Virus record (IMG/VR): IMGVR_UViG_3300033069_001491
Span: 9,014 to 73,013 of that record
DNA from: a virus
Lineage: Duplodnaviria; Caudoviricetes
Reading direction: 5' to 3' (one strand)
Length of the DNA stretch: 64,000 bases
Position numbers and translations under genes: made by a program
Notes under the pieces: generated by a model
What the model was told of the DNA's origin: nothing
Database searches by the model: none
Seen by the model: only the letters and a program-made list of their open reading frames with translations
Shown here: positions 46,415 to 55,367 of the stretch, piece after piece
Layout of the letters: each line of letters starts with the position of its first letter
How positions within the stretch are numbered: position 1 is the first letter of the stretch

Positions 46415-47473
46415 ATGTCACGCACACTCATTATTGGAGGCACCGGTTCGTTGGGTCGCAAGTTGATCGAACGTCTGTTGCCACTTGGCGACGTTGCCGT
46501 CTATTCACGTGACGAGGCGAAACACTGGACGATCCGAAACGAACTACAGACTAATTCGTTGTCTGACCGCCGCGGTGCCCTAGAGTTCTACGTAGGTGAC
46601 GTCCGCGATCCTCGGCGGGTGACCGACGTCATCAGACAGTACCGACCTGAGACCATCATCGTGGCGGCTGCTTTGAAGCAGGTTGACACCTGTGAGCTAA
46701 GTCCGTCAGAAAGCGTGTTGACCAACCTGATCGGCACTCAGAACGTCACGGATGCTGTCAATACACTGCCAATGGCGCATGGGATCACCGTCCTGTTCGT
46801 CAGCACCGATAAGGCGTGCGCGCCTGTCAACGTTTACGGCATGTGCAAGGCCATCTCTGAACGGATCGTCACCAGTCAGGCTCGCACCGAGCCCGGCACG
46901 GCTCGGTTCATGGCTGTCCGCTACGGCAATGTCCTGGAGTCGAGAGGCAGCATCATCCCGCTCTTCAAATACCAGGCAGAACACGCTGACTTCATCACAG
47001 TCACCGATCCTGACATGACACGGTTTGTCATGACGCTTTCGGGCGCCGTGGATCTGATCCAACTGGCGCTGAAACACGGTAATTCTGGTGAAACGTGGAT
47101 CCCGGTGCTGCCCTCGATGCGTATCGGCGACCTAGCCGAGATTTTTTCGGAGAGCTCAGGTAAGCCAATCAAGATCATCGGCCTGCGCCCCGGTGAGAAG
47201 CTGCACGAAGACTTGATCAATGAATCAGAATCACACCGTGTTGATCGTTGGTCGTCTCCTGAGTACGCTGGTGTTGGGTTTGTCACCAACTTTATCATCA
47301 AACCAGCCTACCTCGCCGGGACAGCAAAGAAGTTCACTTATGCCAGCAGCGACTCCGTCCTGCCGAAGGACGTATTGAATGACCATTTGACAAAGTTGGG
47401 GATTCTTGCCAGGCCTCTCGAGCAGTTTAAGGGTCTGACCATCGAAGAGATCATTACTAGCAGGAAGTCATGA
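46415..47473 (+). CDS. UDP-GlcNAc 4,6-dehydratase (PseB/CapD-like, polysaccharide biosynthesis protein)
   Basis: IIGGTGSLG; YSRDEAKH; AAALKQV; STDKACAPVNVYGMCKA; RYGNVLESRGS; MTRF; GLRPGEKLHE. Confidence 0.88.
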   Translation: MSRTLIIGGTGSLGRKLIERLLPLGDVAVYSRDEAKHWTIRNELQTNSLSDRRGALEFYVGDVRDPRRVTDVIRQYRPETIIVAAALKQVDTCELSPSESVLTNLIGTQNVTDAVNTLPMAHGITVLFVSTDKACAPVNVYGMCKAISERIVTSQARTEPGTARFMAVRYGNVLESRGSIIPLFKYQAEHADFITVTDPDMTRFVMTLSGAVDLIQLALKHGNSGETWIPVLPSMRIGDLAEIFSESSGKPIKIIGLRPGEKLHEDLINESESHRVDRWSSPEYAGVGFVTNFIIKPAYLAGTAKKFTYASSDSVLPKDVLNDHLTKLGILARPLEQFKGLTIEEIITSRKS

Positions 47474-48621
47474 CGAAGACGTATCCTCTGTTTAAGGTCC
47501 ATGCTCCTGTTGAAGATGCATTGCATCAACTGGAACTAGTGCTGCGCTCTGGTTTCATCAATGAAGGTGCCCAGGTCGTTGAATTGACTGCGGCCCTGCA
47601 GAAGAAACTCGATGCCGAAAGGTTGCTACTGACCAACAGCGGTACTAGCGCCCTTACGTTGGCCTTGAAAATGTCGGGCGTGGGCCCTGGAGACGAAGTC
47701 ATCAGCACACCGATGACCTGCGTGGCGACCAATACGCCCATCGTCAGCTTGGGTGCAAATGTCGTCTGGGCTGACGTCGACCCCGACAACGGCATGGTGG
47801 CGATTGACAGCGTCGTTCGGTTGCTCAACGCTCGGCCTAATGTGAAGGCTGTGATGGCGGTCGCCTGGGCTGGCACCCCGCCCGACCTGGAACGTCTATC
47901 GTTCGTCCGTCGCTCGGGCCGCAAGTTGATCCTCGATGCCGCCCACGCGTTCGACGCGTGGTACCGGGGAATGCCGATCCACAGGTGGGCAGACTACACC
48001 TGCTACAGCTTCCAGGCCATCAAACACTTCACCACGGGTGACGGCGGCGCGTTGGTCTGCGACAGCCACGCCGACTTCCAGCGCGCTAAGGCCTTGAAGT
48101 GGTTCGGACTCGACCGTGACCGGGCCAAGGACGCCGACGGCAACTGGAAGGGCCAACAGTGGGATGTCGACATCGTGGAGGCCGGTTATAAGTTCAACAT
48201 GAACAACGTGGCTGCCGCAATCGGTCTGTCCCAGTTGAAGCACATCGACAAGGTGATGGCTCTCCACCGGCGTAATGCTGCTCTCTATGATGAAATGTTG
48301 CGTGACTACGTGGCATTTCACCCGGCGAAGCGCCCAGAAGGGGCGGAGTCTAGCTTCTGGGTCTACACTGTGAGGCTTGACCCGCAGAATTGTCAGATGC
48401 AGCGAGATGACCTACTGAAGGCGCTCAACGCTGAAGGTATCATGGCCGGTGTCGTTCACGTGCCCAATGATGACTATACGTGCTTTGCGGGATCTCGTGA
48501 CCTCAACCTGCCCGGGCTTCGCAGCTTCGCTGACAATCAGTTGTCACTGCCATGTGGTTGGTGGATGACCGAGGACGATGTCCGCTACGTAGCCCGCCGA
48601 TTCATCGAGGTCGCCCGATGA
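47470..48621 (+). CDS. DegT/DnrJ/EryC1/StrS-family sugar aminotransferase
   Basis: NSGTSAL; GPGDEVI; ILDAAHA; YSFQAIKHFTTGDGGAL; GYKFNMN. Confidence 0.9.
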   Translation: MTKTYPLFKVHAPVEDALHQLELVLRSGFINEGAQVVELTAALQKKLDAERLLLTNSGTSALTLALKMSGVGPGDEVISTPMTCVATNTPIVSLGANVVWADVDPDNGMVAIDSVVRLLNARPNVKAVMAVAWAGTPPDLERLSFVRRSGRKLILDAAHAFDAWYRGMPIHRWADYTCYSFQAIKHFTTGDGGALVCDSHADFQRAKALKWFGLDRDRAKDADGNWKGQQWDVDIVEAGYKFNMNNVAAAIGLSQLKHIDKVMALHRRNAALYDEMLRDYVAFHPAKRPEGAESSFWVYTVRLDPQNCQMQRDDLLKALNAEGIMAGVVHVPNDDYTCFAGSRDLNLPGLRSFADNQLSLPCGWWMTEDDVRYVARRFIEVAR

Positions 48622-49160
48622 CACGTGCGGCTCTCACGCCTGGTATGCAACTGAGGCCTGTCCACGATGACGATCATCCTTGGTTGGTTGATCTGCACAA
48701 TGACCCGGTCGTCCTACACAACATGACGGACCCGCGTCCGATCACCATGGCAAGCCACCTCGACTGGTTTCGAGCTGTGATGGCAGACAGCAACCAGATG
48801 CGCTTGATCTTTGAGGTCGATGGAACACGCGTGGGCTTTGCCAAGTTCTACGCCTACGACAGGCCCAACCGATGCCGAGCACTTGGTGCAGACATTCACA
48901 AGGATTTTCGTGGCAAGGGTCTGGCCAAACCCATGTGGACCATGATGCTTGATGCTTGTTTCGATCCGATCGTTGGGAATGGCTTGCATAGGGCAAGCCT
49001 GACGACGGCCGAATACAACAACGTCGCACGTAAGGTCTATCGGGACCTGGGCTTTGTGACTGAAGGACGACTGATCCAGTCGCTTTGCCGAGACGGCAAG
49101 TTCTACGATCAGATCAACATGTACATGTTGAAGAGCGATTGGGAATCTAGAAAGTCATGA
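48618..49160 (+). CDS. GNAT acetyltransferase (PseH/RimJ-like)
   Basis: DIHKDFRGKGLA...YNNVARKVYRDLGFVTEG; follows the aminotransferase with an ATGA overlap. Confidence 0.8.
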   Translation: MTRAALTPGMQLRPVHDDDHPWLVDLHNDPVVLHNMTDPRPITMASHLDWFRAVMADSNQMRLIFEVDGTRVGFAKFYAYDRPNRCRALGADIHKDFRGKGLAKPMWTMMLDACFDPIVGNGLHRASLTTAEYNNVARKVYRDLGFVTEGRLIQSLCRDGKFYDQINMYMLKSDWESRKS

Positions 49161-49282
49161 GAAGCCTGTTCGTCATTCATGCCAGCCTTTGGGACGTAGT
49201 TGTCCTGGTGTTGGTGGCTGGCTTCGGTCTCCTATACTTCATTATCTGGTCCCCTGGTGCTTTGTTCCGAGGTAAGAAGTGA
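49157..49282 (+). CDS. Small single-TM peptide (41 aa)
   Basis: MRSLFVIHASLWDVVVLVLVAGFGLLYFIIWSPGALFRGKK; ATGA and GTGA overlaps on both sides. Confidence 0.55.
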   Translation: MRSLFVIHASLWDVVVLVLVAGFGLLYFIIWSPGALFRGKK

Positions 49283-49995
49283 CGCCTAAGATTTTTGTCG
49301 GCACGATGTATTGCGGGGAGGGCGACCTACCCGAGTGCCTAGAGGCAGTTCTATCGCAGAAGGACGTCAGCGTCAAGCAGATCATCATCCGCGACATGCA
49401 GGAGAAGGCCGCACACAATGCGCTGTGGGCCGCCTGGCGTGAGGCAAAGTGCTCACACGACTTGTTCGTCAAGGTTGACGCTGACACGGTCCTGGCACAC
49501 GATGGCGTGTTGCGCTCTTTCTGGGACTTGTTCCAGTCCAATCCGCGGATCACAGGGGCGCAAGCGCCCCTCAATGACTATTTCACGGCCGGTCGCATCA
49601 ACGGCCTTAACTGCTTCAGTCCGAAGGTCACTTTTCGCGATACCACAGACGAACTGTTCTGCGATCGACAGGTCGACGTTGACCATGATGTGGTGATCCG
49701 TTCGGACCAGGTGGGTGACGCCCTGCAACCCGCAGGCTATCACTGTTATCGAGCGAATGACGCTCAGGCGTTCCACTTTGGGCTACACCGAGCCTTGAAG
49801 CGACAGGTCAACACAATCGCACAGGTTCGGCAAGCGTACAAACGAGAAGGTGGCAGGCCGCGTGCACTTGCGTTGATTGGGGCCCAAATGTCTCCCAATT
49901 TCGCCGCAGGTGGTTTCAACTACTCCGACGAGCGTTTCAAGGTTGCTTTGGATGGGGTCGTGAGAAGATTCGAAGAGTTGGTGAAGGACCTGTGA
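49279..49995 (+). CDS. Glycosyltransferase family 2-like protein
   Basis: LFVKVDADTVL DxD motif. Confidence 0.6.
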   Translation: MTPKIFVGTMYCGEGDLPECLEAVLSQKDVSVKQIIIRDMQEKAAHNALWAAWREAKCSHDLFVKVDADTVLAHDGVLRSFWDLFQSNPRITGAQAPLNDYFTAGRINGLNCFSPKVTFRDTTDELFCDRQVDVDHDVVIRSDQVGDALQPAGYHCYRANDAQAFHFGLHRALKRQVNTIAQVRQAYKREGGRPRALALIGAQMSPNFAAGGFNYSDERFKVALDGVVRRFEELVKDL

Positions 49996-50909
49996 CGAAA
50001 CGTGTGATCGACCTGGTCGATAGCATCGAGTATACGACGACCAACTGTTTCGCCCATCAGTTGCACGCAACAATTCATGAGGTGAATCCGACCACCCAAA
50101 CGGTCGCACTCAATGACATTGAGAACTATCCTCGTCCCGATCGCGTCATCTGTCGTCTGAAGCAGCGAACGTTGTGTCGTTGTACAGATCGTCTTCAGCG
50201 GTGGATGGGCGACACACCCATCGTAATTTTCGACCAGGACCCATGGGAAGCGTTCCGCGACGGTAGCCCGTTCAAAGGAACATACGAACGTGCCGTCGAA
50301 AAACTCAACGTGCTGACGTTCGCTGTCACTACCAAACGGTGGGCCGACCTGATCGCTGATCGCGGGCTGCCTTCTACCTTCGTCAGGATGTGGGTGCAAC
50401 AGCGCTACGTCGCTCGCGGCCCAGCGTACCTGGATCGTCCGATTGAAGTTGGCTTCGTGGGGGCACTCCACCCGTACCGTCAACGGCTCTTCGAGCGACT
50501 TGAGCAGATGGGGACAAAGGTCACCGTCTTCACTGGTAGGGCGCTGCCCTATCCACAGTACGTAGAGGCCTTGTCCAGGATCCGCGTCTTCATCCACTGC
50601 GAGGACGCCCCTGTCGTCGTCGACGGCAAGGAGGAGAACCTGAGGGATGGCCTGTGGATCAAGGACGTAGAGGCCGGCGCACGTGGCTGCTTCTCCGTCC
50701 GAAACGCCGGTGCTGGACGTGACACATATTGCGCTGACATCGATACGATTCTCACCTACGACACCCCTCGTGAGGTGCCAGAGCTCCTGCATGCCATCTC
50801 GAATATGGACCCATACGAGAGACAGGCTACCATTGACCGGTCCGTCGAATATATCGAGCGGACCAACAAGTGGCACGAAACGGCCCTCACATTGCTCATG
50901 GACACTTGA
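49992..50909 (+). CDS. Glycosyltransferase (CgeB/GT1_2-like)
   Basis: IEVGFVGALHPYRQRL...YVEALSRIRV...KDVEAGARG. Confidence 0.65.
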   Translation: MTKRVIDLVDSIEYTTTNCFAHQLHATIHEVNPTTQTVALNDIENYPRPDRVICRLKQRTLCRCTDRLQRWMGDTPIVIFDQDPWEAFRDGSPFKGTYERAVEKLNVLTFAVTTKRWADLIADRGLPSTFVRMWVQQRYVARGPAYLDRPIEVGFVGALHPYRQRLFERLEQMGTKVTVFTGRALPYPQYVEALSRIRVFIHCEDAPVVVDGKEENLRDGLWIKDVEAGARGCFSVRNAGAGRDTYCADIDTILTYDTPREVPELLHAISNMDPYERQATIDRSVEYIERTNKWHETALTLLMDT

Positions 50910-50963
50910 AACAGGCCACCCAACACGTGATTTACTGTCATTGGACAGGAATTATGATTTTAC

Positions 50964-51701
50964 GTGTTTCTCCGACAGTGTCCTAATTGTGATGCAGATA
51001 TCGTCTATGCGTCTCACAAAACCTACACGGTGGCATGTAGACGACGTACGTCGTGTATTTCGTGCAGATCAAAACAACGTAGAGCGAAATACTCTCATCA
51101 CAGTGATGAGACTCGAGTAAAGATGTCAGTTTCTCACTCGGGTGAAAAGAATCACTTCTTCGGTAAAACCCACTCTGAACTCACTCGTCAAATCATCGGT
51201 GTAAAGACAAGGGAGCGAGATCAAAGCGGAAAACGCAATCCGTTTTTTGGACGTCAACATTCTTCTGAGACACGCACGCGAATGTCAAAAACACGTGCAG
51301 ACGGTCTCGCGTCAGGTCGCATCATTAACACCAACGAGTATGGTAACAAGTCATGGTACGTCTCCAGTAAGACGAATGAAAGGGTGCGATGTGACTCTAC
51401 GCTTGAAAAATTCCGAATGATTCAGCTCGATCGAGATGTCACCGTAAGTGATTGGTCGAAGCGACACGGAATCAAAATCGCCTATCTGTTTAATGGTGAG
51501 GTGAAACACTACGTGCCGGATTTCCTGATCACTACAATTACAGGTGAGAAGATCCTAGAAGAAGTGAAGGGTTATGATGTTAAAGCATCTCAAAAGTACC
51601 AAGCACTTCAGAAGTACTGCGAAGAGAATTGTCTGACCGCTCGATGGATCACGCAAACAGAACTCGAACGGCAAGGTTATCGTAACTTCAAGGAAAACTG
51701 A
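50964..51701 (+). CDS. Free-standing homing-type endonuclease: NUMOD3 repeats plus TnsA-like domain
   Basis: HSDETRVKMS, FFGKTHSE and FFGRQHSSETRTRMS; DSTLEKFRM..LD; YVPDFLI...EVKG; lower GC. Confidence 0.78.
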   Translation: MFLRQCPNCDADIVYASHKTYTVACRRRTSCISCRSKQRRAKYSHHSDETRVKMSVSHSGEKNHFFGKTHSELTRQIIGVKTRERDQSGKRNPFFGRQHSSETRTRMSKTRADGLASGRIINTNEYGNKSWYVSSKTNERVRCDSTLEKFRMIQLDRDVTVSDWSKRHGIKIAYLFNGEVKHYVPDFLITTITGEKILEEVKGYDVKASQKYQALQKYCEENCLTARWITQTELERQGYRNFKEN

Positions 51702-52711
51702 TGAAATCGATTGCATGCATTGGTCAAGGATTCGTAGGCGGGTCTCTGACGACCGTCTTCTCTGAACGTGGGTTTACTGTCTATGTCTATGACAAGGCGG
51801 GAAAGGTTGCCCCGGGTGGCAACCCGATCCTAGAGGTAGTTCCGGGTCTTGGTGATGCTCGCCGCGCGGCGGAGCTTGCCGGTTTGAAACCGATCCGTGA
51901 AGCGGCGGAGCCAACTGCCATTCAGGCGTTCGTCACTCTTTGTGAGGCAGAGGCTGGCTTCTCTAACGTCTATTTCGTCTGCCTACCCACCCCGATGTAC
52001 GAGGATGGGTCAGCCGACTTGTCGATCGTGGAAGGGGTGCTCAACGAACTGGCCTCCGTCGACGGGAAGCGAGTCGCCGTCGTCAAGTCGACGGTGCCAC
52101 CTGGCACCACTGAGCGTTGGAACGAGCTATTCAAGACGACGGGCCTCCGTGTCGTCTTCAACCCGGAATTCTTGACGGAGGCCAACGCCCTCGACGACAT
52201 GCGGAACCAGGACCGCATCATCCTGGGAGGTCCACGGCCTTGGATCAATGACGTCAAGCTGGTTTTCGGGACGGCCTTCCCGAAGGTTCCTATCATCAAG
52301 ACGTCATCGACGACCGCGGAGATGGTCAAGTACACCATCAATTGCTTCCTCAGCGTCAAGGTTGCCTTCGCCAACGAGGTGGCCCAGGTGTGCGAGGGCC
52401 TTGATGCCAAGGGCCTCAATATTGACTATGACAAGGTGGTTGAGTACGCCAAACTCGACAAGCGCCTTGGCGGCTCTCACTGGGCGGTGCCAGGTCCAGT
52501 GCCCACTCATGACGGTCGCTACGTTAGGGGCTTTGGTGGGCACTGCTTCCCGAAGGACCTCAATGCGTTGGTTGCTGTTGCTGAGGAGTTGAAGGTTGAT
52601 ATGAAGGTACTGAAGGCTTCCTGGGCCAAGAACCTCGAGGTACGCCCACCCGCTGACCGTGATTGGGAACACATGGTCGGGCGTGCCGTCAGCAGGAAGA
52701 AGCAAGGATGA
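51701..52711 (+). CDS. ugd: UDP-glucose/GDP-mannose 6-dehydrogenase family (lacks the C-terminal UDP-binding domain)
   Basis: IGQGFVG; FVCLPTP; VKSTVPPGTT; FNPEFLTE; AEMVKY..N.F; GFGGHCFPKDLNAL. Confidence 0.85.
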   Translation: MKSIACIGQGFVGGSLTTVFSERGFTVYVYDKAGKVAPGGNPILEVVPGLGDARRAAELAGLKPIREAAEPTAIQAFVTLCEAEAGFSNVYFVCLPTPMYEDGSADLSIVEGVLNELASVDGKRVAVVKSTVPPGTTERWNELFKTTGLRVVFNPEFLTEANALDDMRNQDRIILGGPRPWINDVKLVFGTAFPKVPIIKTSSTTAEMVKYTINCFLSVKVAFANEVAQVCEGLDAKGLNIDYDKVVEYAKLDKRLGGSHWAVPGPVPTHDGRYVRGFGGHCFPKDLNALVAVAEELKVDMKVLKASWAKNLEVRPPADRDWEHMVGRAVSRKKQG

Positions 52712-52911
52712 GTCGAGTGCGCATCCAGATGTCGCGAGAATTCCTGTTGGGTGCTCTCGACCGCCTGTCGAGGCATGCTAGTGTGCCCGTCGCCTTCATT
52801 GCCGAAGTTGACGGGCGCAATGCCAACGTGCAAGGACACGTGGCGTCCAATCCGGAAGACGACACGTTGACATTTACCCTCGAAGTGCCATCCGTGAGGC
52901 CTGCTCAGTAG
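52708..52911 (+). CDS. Small hypothetical protein (67 aa)
   Basis: ATGA overlap with the ugd stop. Confidence 0.5.
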   Translation: MSRVRIQMSREFLLGALDRLSRHASVPVAFIAEVDGRNANVQGHVASNPEDDTLTFTLEVPSVRPAQ

Positions 52912-53324
52912 GTCTTCTCGGCCTCGGCATCATAGATGACGTTCAGTTCATCGTCAGTCAAGTCACCCAAGTACTGTTTGAGCCTCACCGCATCATCACG
53001 TTCCAGTTTGGCACCGTTGAGCGCATAAGGCAGCCAATTGCTGACACGCCCACCCGAAGCGTCGTAGTCAATCAACACTTCGTGCTCGACGTTGCAAGTG
53101 CCGTCAGGCTCCATTTCGTTGTCGGTGATGTTCATCGCCTGGCGGATCCACGGCGTCACCACCATCGGGAATTCCCGATAGATCCCGACCATCAAGGCAG
53201 CCTCTGCGGGAGGAGCCTTTCGAGCGGGGTGTTGCAGTTCGAACGGTTCTCTTCCACCGATAGTGTTTGCAGGAGATTCAGACACCAAGCGAACATACTC
53301 TCGAAGCAACATCACAGGATCCAT
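52905..53324 (-). CDS. Hypothetical late/virion protein with an LLRE N-terminal motif
   Basis: MDPVMLLREYVRLVSE; TACCTA 7 nt upstream. Confidence 0.55.
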   Translation of the reverse strand: MDPVMLLREYVRLVSESPANTIGGREPFELQHPARKAPPAEAALMVGIYREFPMVVTPWIRQAMNITDNEMEPDGTCNVEHEVLIDYDASGGRVSNWLPYALNGAKLERDDAVRLKQYLGDLTDDELNVIYDAEAEKTY

Positions 53325-53389
53325 CGTACCATAGGTAGGCATTCTTGTGAACAAGAAGCTTCTAGTAGTATAGGCTAGTGATGAGTGGT

Positions 53390-53436
53390 GGGCCTATTAC
53401 CCAGGTCCAATGACATCAGAAAAGAGGTCATTGGGC
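53390..53436 (+). promoter_or_regulatory. Structured leader of the NAMPT gene with two mutually exclusive hairpins
   Basis: GTCCAATGAC/GTCATTGGGC stem (53405-53436) competes with GGGCCT/AGGTCC (53390-53408). Confidence 0.35.
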
Positions 53437-53456
53437 GTCAATGCCGAAAGTGAGAC

Positions 53457-54902
53457 ATGAAATTGCCCTTTGATCGTAAGCCTGACGTCAACCTCAACAA
53501 CGTCAACGACACCGACTCATACAAGTCGAGTCACTTTCTGCTCTACGGCAAGGGACTCGACTACATGGAGTCGTACCTCGAGGCACGTGGAGGGGAGTAC
53601 GACGTCTGCACCCTGGCAGGCCTGCAGGTGTTGCTGCATCGCTACTTGGCCAAGCCCATCACGCTGACCGACGTCGACGAGATGGAGGTGGACATGCTCG
53701 CACACGGCGAGCCCTTCAACCGCGAAGGATGGCTTCATATTCTTCGCCAGTACGGCGGCATGTTGCCCGTCACCATTCGGGCGATCCCGGAGGGCACCAT
53801 CGTTCCGGTCAGGAACGCTATCATGGTGGTCCACGGTCCACGCGATCCGAAGTGTGCCTGGATCACCAACTGGTTGGAGACCATGCTGTCCCGTGTCTGG
53901 TACCCGTCGACGGTCGCCATCGCCTCGCGCGAGATCAAGAAAGTCTGGATGCAGTACCTCGAGCTGTCGAGCGACAATCCGGCAGCGGAGGTCGGTTTCA
54001 AGCACCATGACTTCGGCAGTCGTGGCGTCACCAGCCGCGAGCAGGCATCGATGGGCGGCTTTGCCCACCTGCTCAGCTTCCTGGGCAGCGACACCATCGT
54101 AGGCGTCAAGCTGGCCAACCACTACTACGACGAGCCGATGGCAGGCTTCAGCATTCCGGCCACCGAGCACTCGACGATGACGATCTGGGGGCGCGAAGGT
54201 GAGCACGACGCCATCGTCCGCTGGGTCAAGCAGACGTTGGTCGAGCGTCAGCTGCCCCCGGGGGTGCCGAAGCTGTCGGCCTGCGTCGGTGACAGCTACG
54301 ACATCTACAACTTCGTTCGCATGGTCTGTGCCGACGACATTCGCGAGCTGATCAAAGGCTCTGGCGGCACCCTGGTCGTCCGCCCCGACAGTGGCGAGCC
54401 CACCGAGGTGTTGAAGAACATCATCAGCATCTTCAATGAGTGCCTGCCCACGGGCGAGATCACCGTCAATGCCAAGGGCTTCAAGGTCCTGCCGGGCTAC
54501 CTCCGGTTGATCTGGGGCGATGGCATCAACCGTCGCTCGATGCGTGCCATCCTTCGCTTCGTCACCTCGATGGGTTGGAGCGCGTCGAACCTGGCCTTCG
54601 GCTCGGGCGGTGGCCTGCTGATGGACTTCAACCGTGACACGCAGAAGTTCGCCTTCAAGTGCTCCTACGCGATCCTCAATGGCAAGCCGGTCAGCGTCAG
54701 CAAGGACCCGAGCACCGATAGGGGGAAGAAGTCGAAGGAAGGCCGGCTCGACCTCATCAAGGTCGACGGTGTCTACAAGACGGTCGTTCTCGACGAGGGC
54801 GTGAACGAGCACCCGGACTCGGCTCTGGTCACCGTCTTCGACAAGGGTGACATCACCTACCACAACACGCTCGCTGATGTTCGTGCCCGGATGGCGATCT
54901 GA
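53457..54902 (+). CDS. nadV: Nicotinamide phosphoribosyltransferase (NAMPT)
   Basis: DTDSYKSSH; HDFGSRG; SIPATEHS; DSYD; VVRPDSG; LIWGDG; FGSGGGLL..FNRDT.KFAFKCS. Confidence 0.93.
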   Translation: MKLPFDRKPDVNLNNVNDTDSYKSSHFLLYGKGLDYMESYLEARGGEYDVCTLAGLQVLLHRYLAKPITLTDVDEMEVDMLAHGEPFNREGWLHILRQYGGMLPVTIRAIPEGTIVPVRNAIMVVHGPRDPKCAWITNWLETMLSRVWYPSTVAIASREIKKVWMQYLELSSDNPAAEVGFKHHDFGSRGVTSREQASMGGFAHLLSFLGSDTIVGVKLANHYYDEPMAGFSIPATEHSTMTIWGREGEHDAIVRWVKQTLVERQLPPGVPKLSACVGDSYDIYNFVRMVCADDIRELIKGSGGTLVVRPDSGEPTEVLKNIISIFNECLPTGEITVNAKGFKVLPGYLRLIWGDGINRRSMRAILRFVTSMGWSASNLAFGSGGGLLMDFNRDTQKFAFKCSYAILNGKPVSVSKDPSTDRGKKSKEGRLDLIKVDGVYKTVVLDEGVNEHPDSALVTVFDKGDITYHNTLADVRARMAI

Positions 54903-54926
54903 ACTAGCCTGGTGTAAAGTGGTCGG

Positions 54927-55367
54927 GTGACAGAATCATACAAGGCCCACAAGCTCGCTGACCGCCTTTACCAAGGCGGATTCCCTCCCCCAGGTCCTGC
55001 CTTGGTAAAGGCGGGCATTGACGTCCTAGTCTTGTGCGCAATGGAACACCAGGACGCTCGCCTGTATCCCGGCCTGACAATCATCAAGGCAGGTGGCGAT
55101 GATGACGTCAGTCTCCACAAGGTCCTCCCATACATCCCTTTGTGGCAAAGTGCTGCACGACAAGTCGTGCAGCACCTCCGCGACGGCAAGACGGTCCTTG
55201 TCACCTGCATGCAAGGGTGGAACCGCTCCGGCATGGTCAGCGCCCATGTGCTAAGGGAACTAACAGGTGCACCGGGCAGCCAGATCGTCGAACACATCCA
55301 GAAGCGCCGGCCCAACGCTCTGTGCAATCCAACCTTCGTCCAGTACCTCGAGGAGAACTTCAGGTGA
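54927..55367 (+). CDS. Dual-specificity (CX5R) phosphatase
   Basis: VLVTCMQGWNRSG; RRPNALCNPTFVQYL. Confidence 0.85.
   Translation: MTESYKAHKLADRLYQGGFPPPGPALVKAGIDVLVLCAMEHQDARLYPGLTIIKAGGDDDVSLHKVLPYIPLWQSAARQVVQHLRDGKTVLVTCMQGWNRSGMVSAHVLRELTGAPGSQIVEHIQKRRPNALCNPTFVQYLEENFR

Noticed and set aside
36409-52711. Eukaryotic giant virus (NCLDV) or bacterial O-antigen locus
   Set aside because: Flanking PhoH, sigma factor, gp5-like and baseplate-type genes with bacterial-style translational coupling indicate a tailed bacteriophage; no Wzx/Wzy or housekeeping context
53517-54863. 448-aa minus-strand ORF
   Set aside because: Exact antisense shadow of the high-GC NAMPT gene with no recognisable motifs; the same applies to most other antisense or overlapping ORFs in the track
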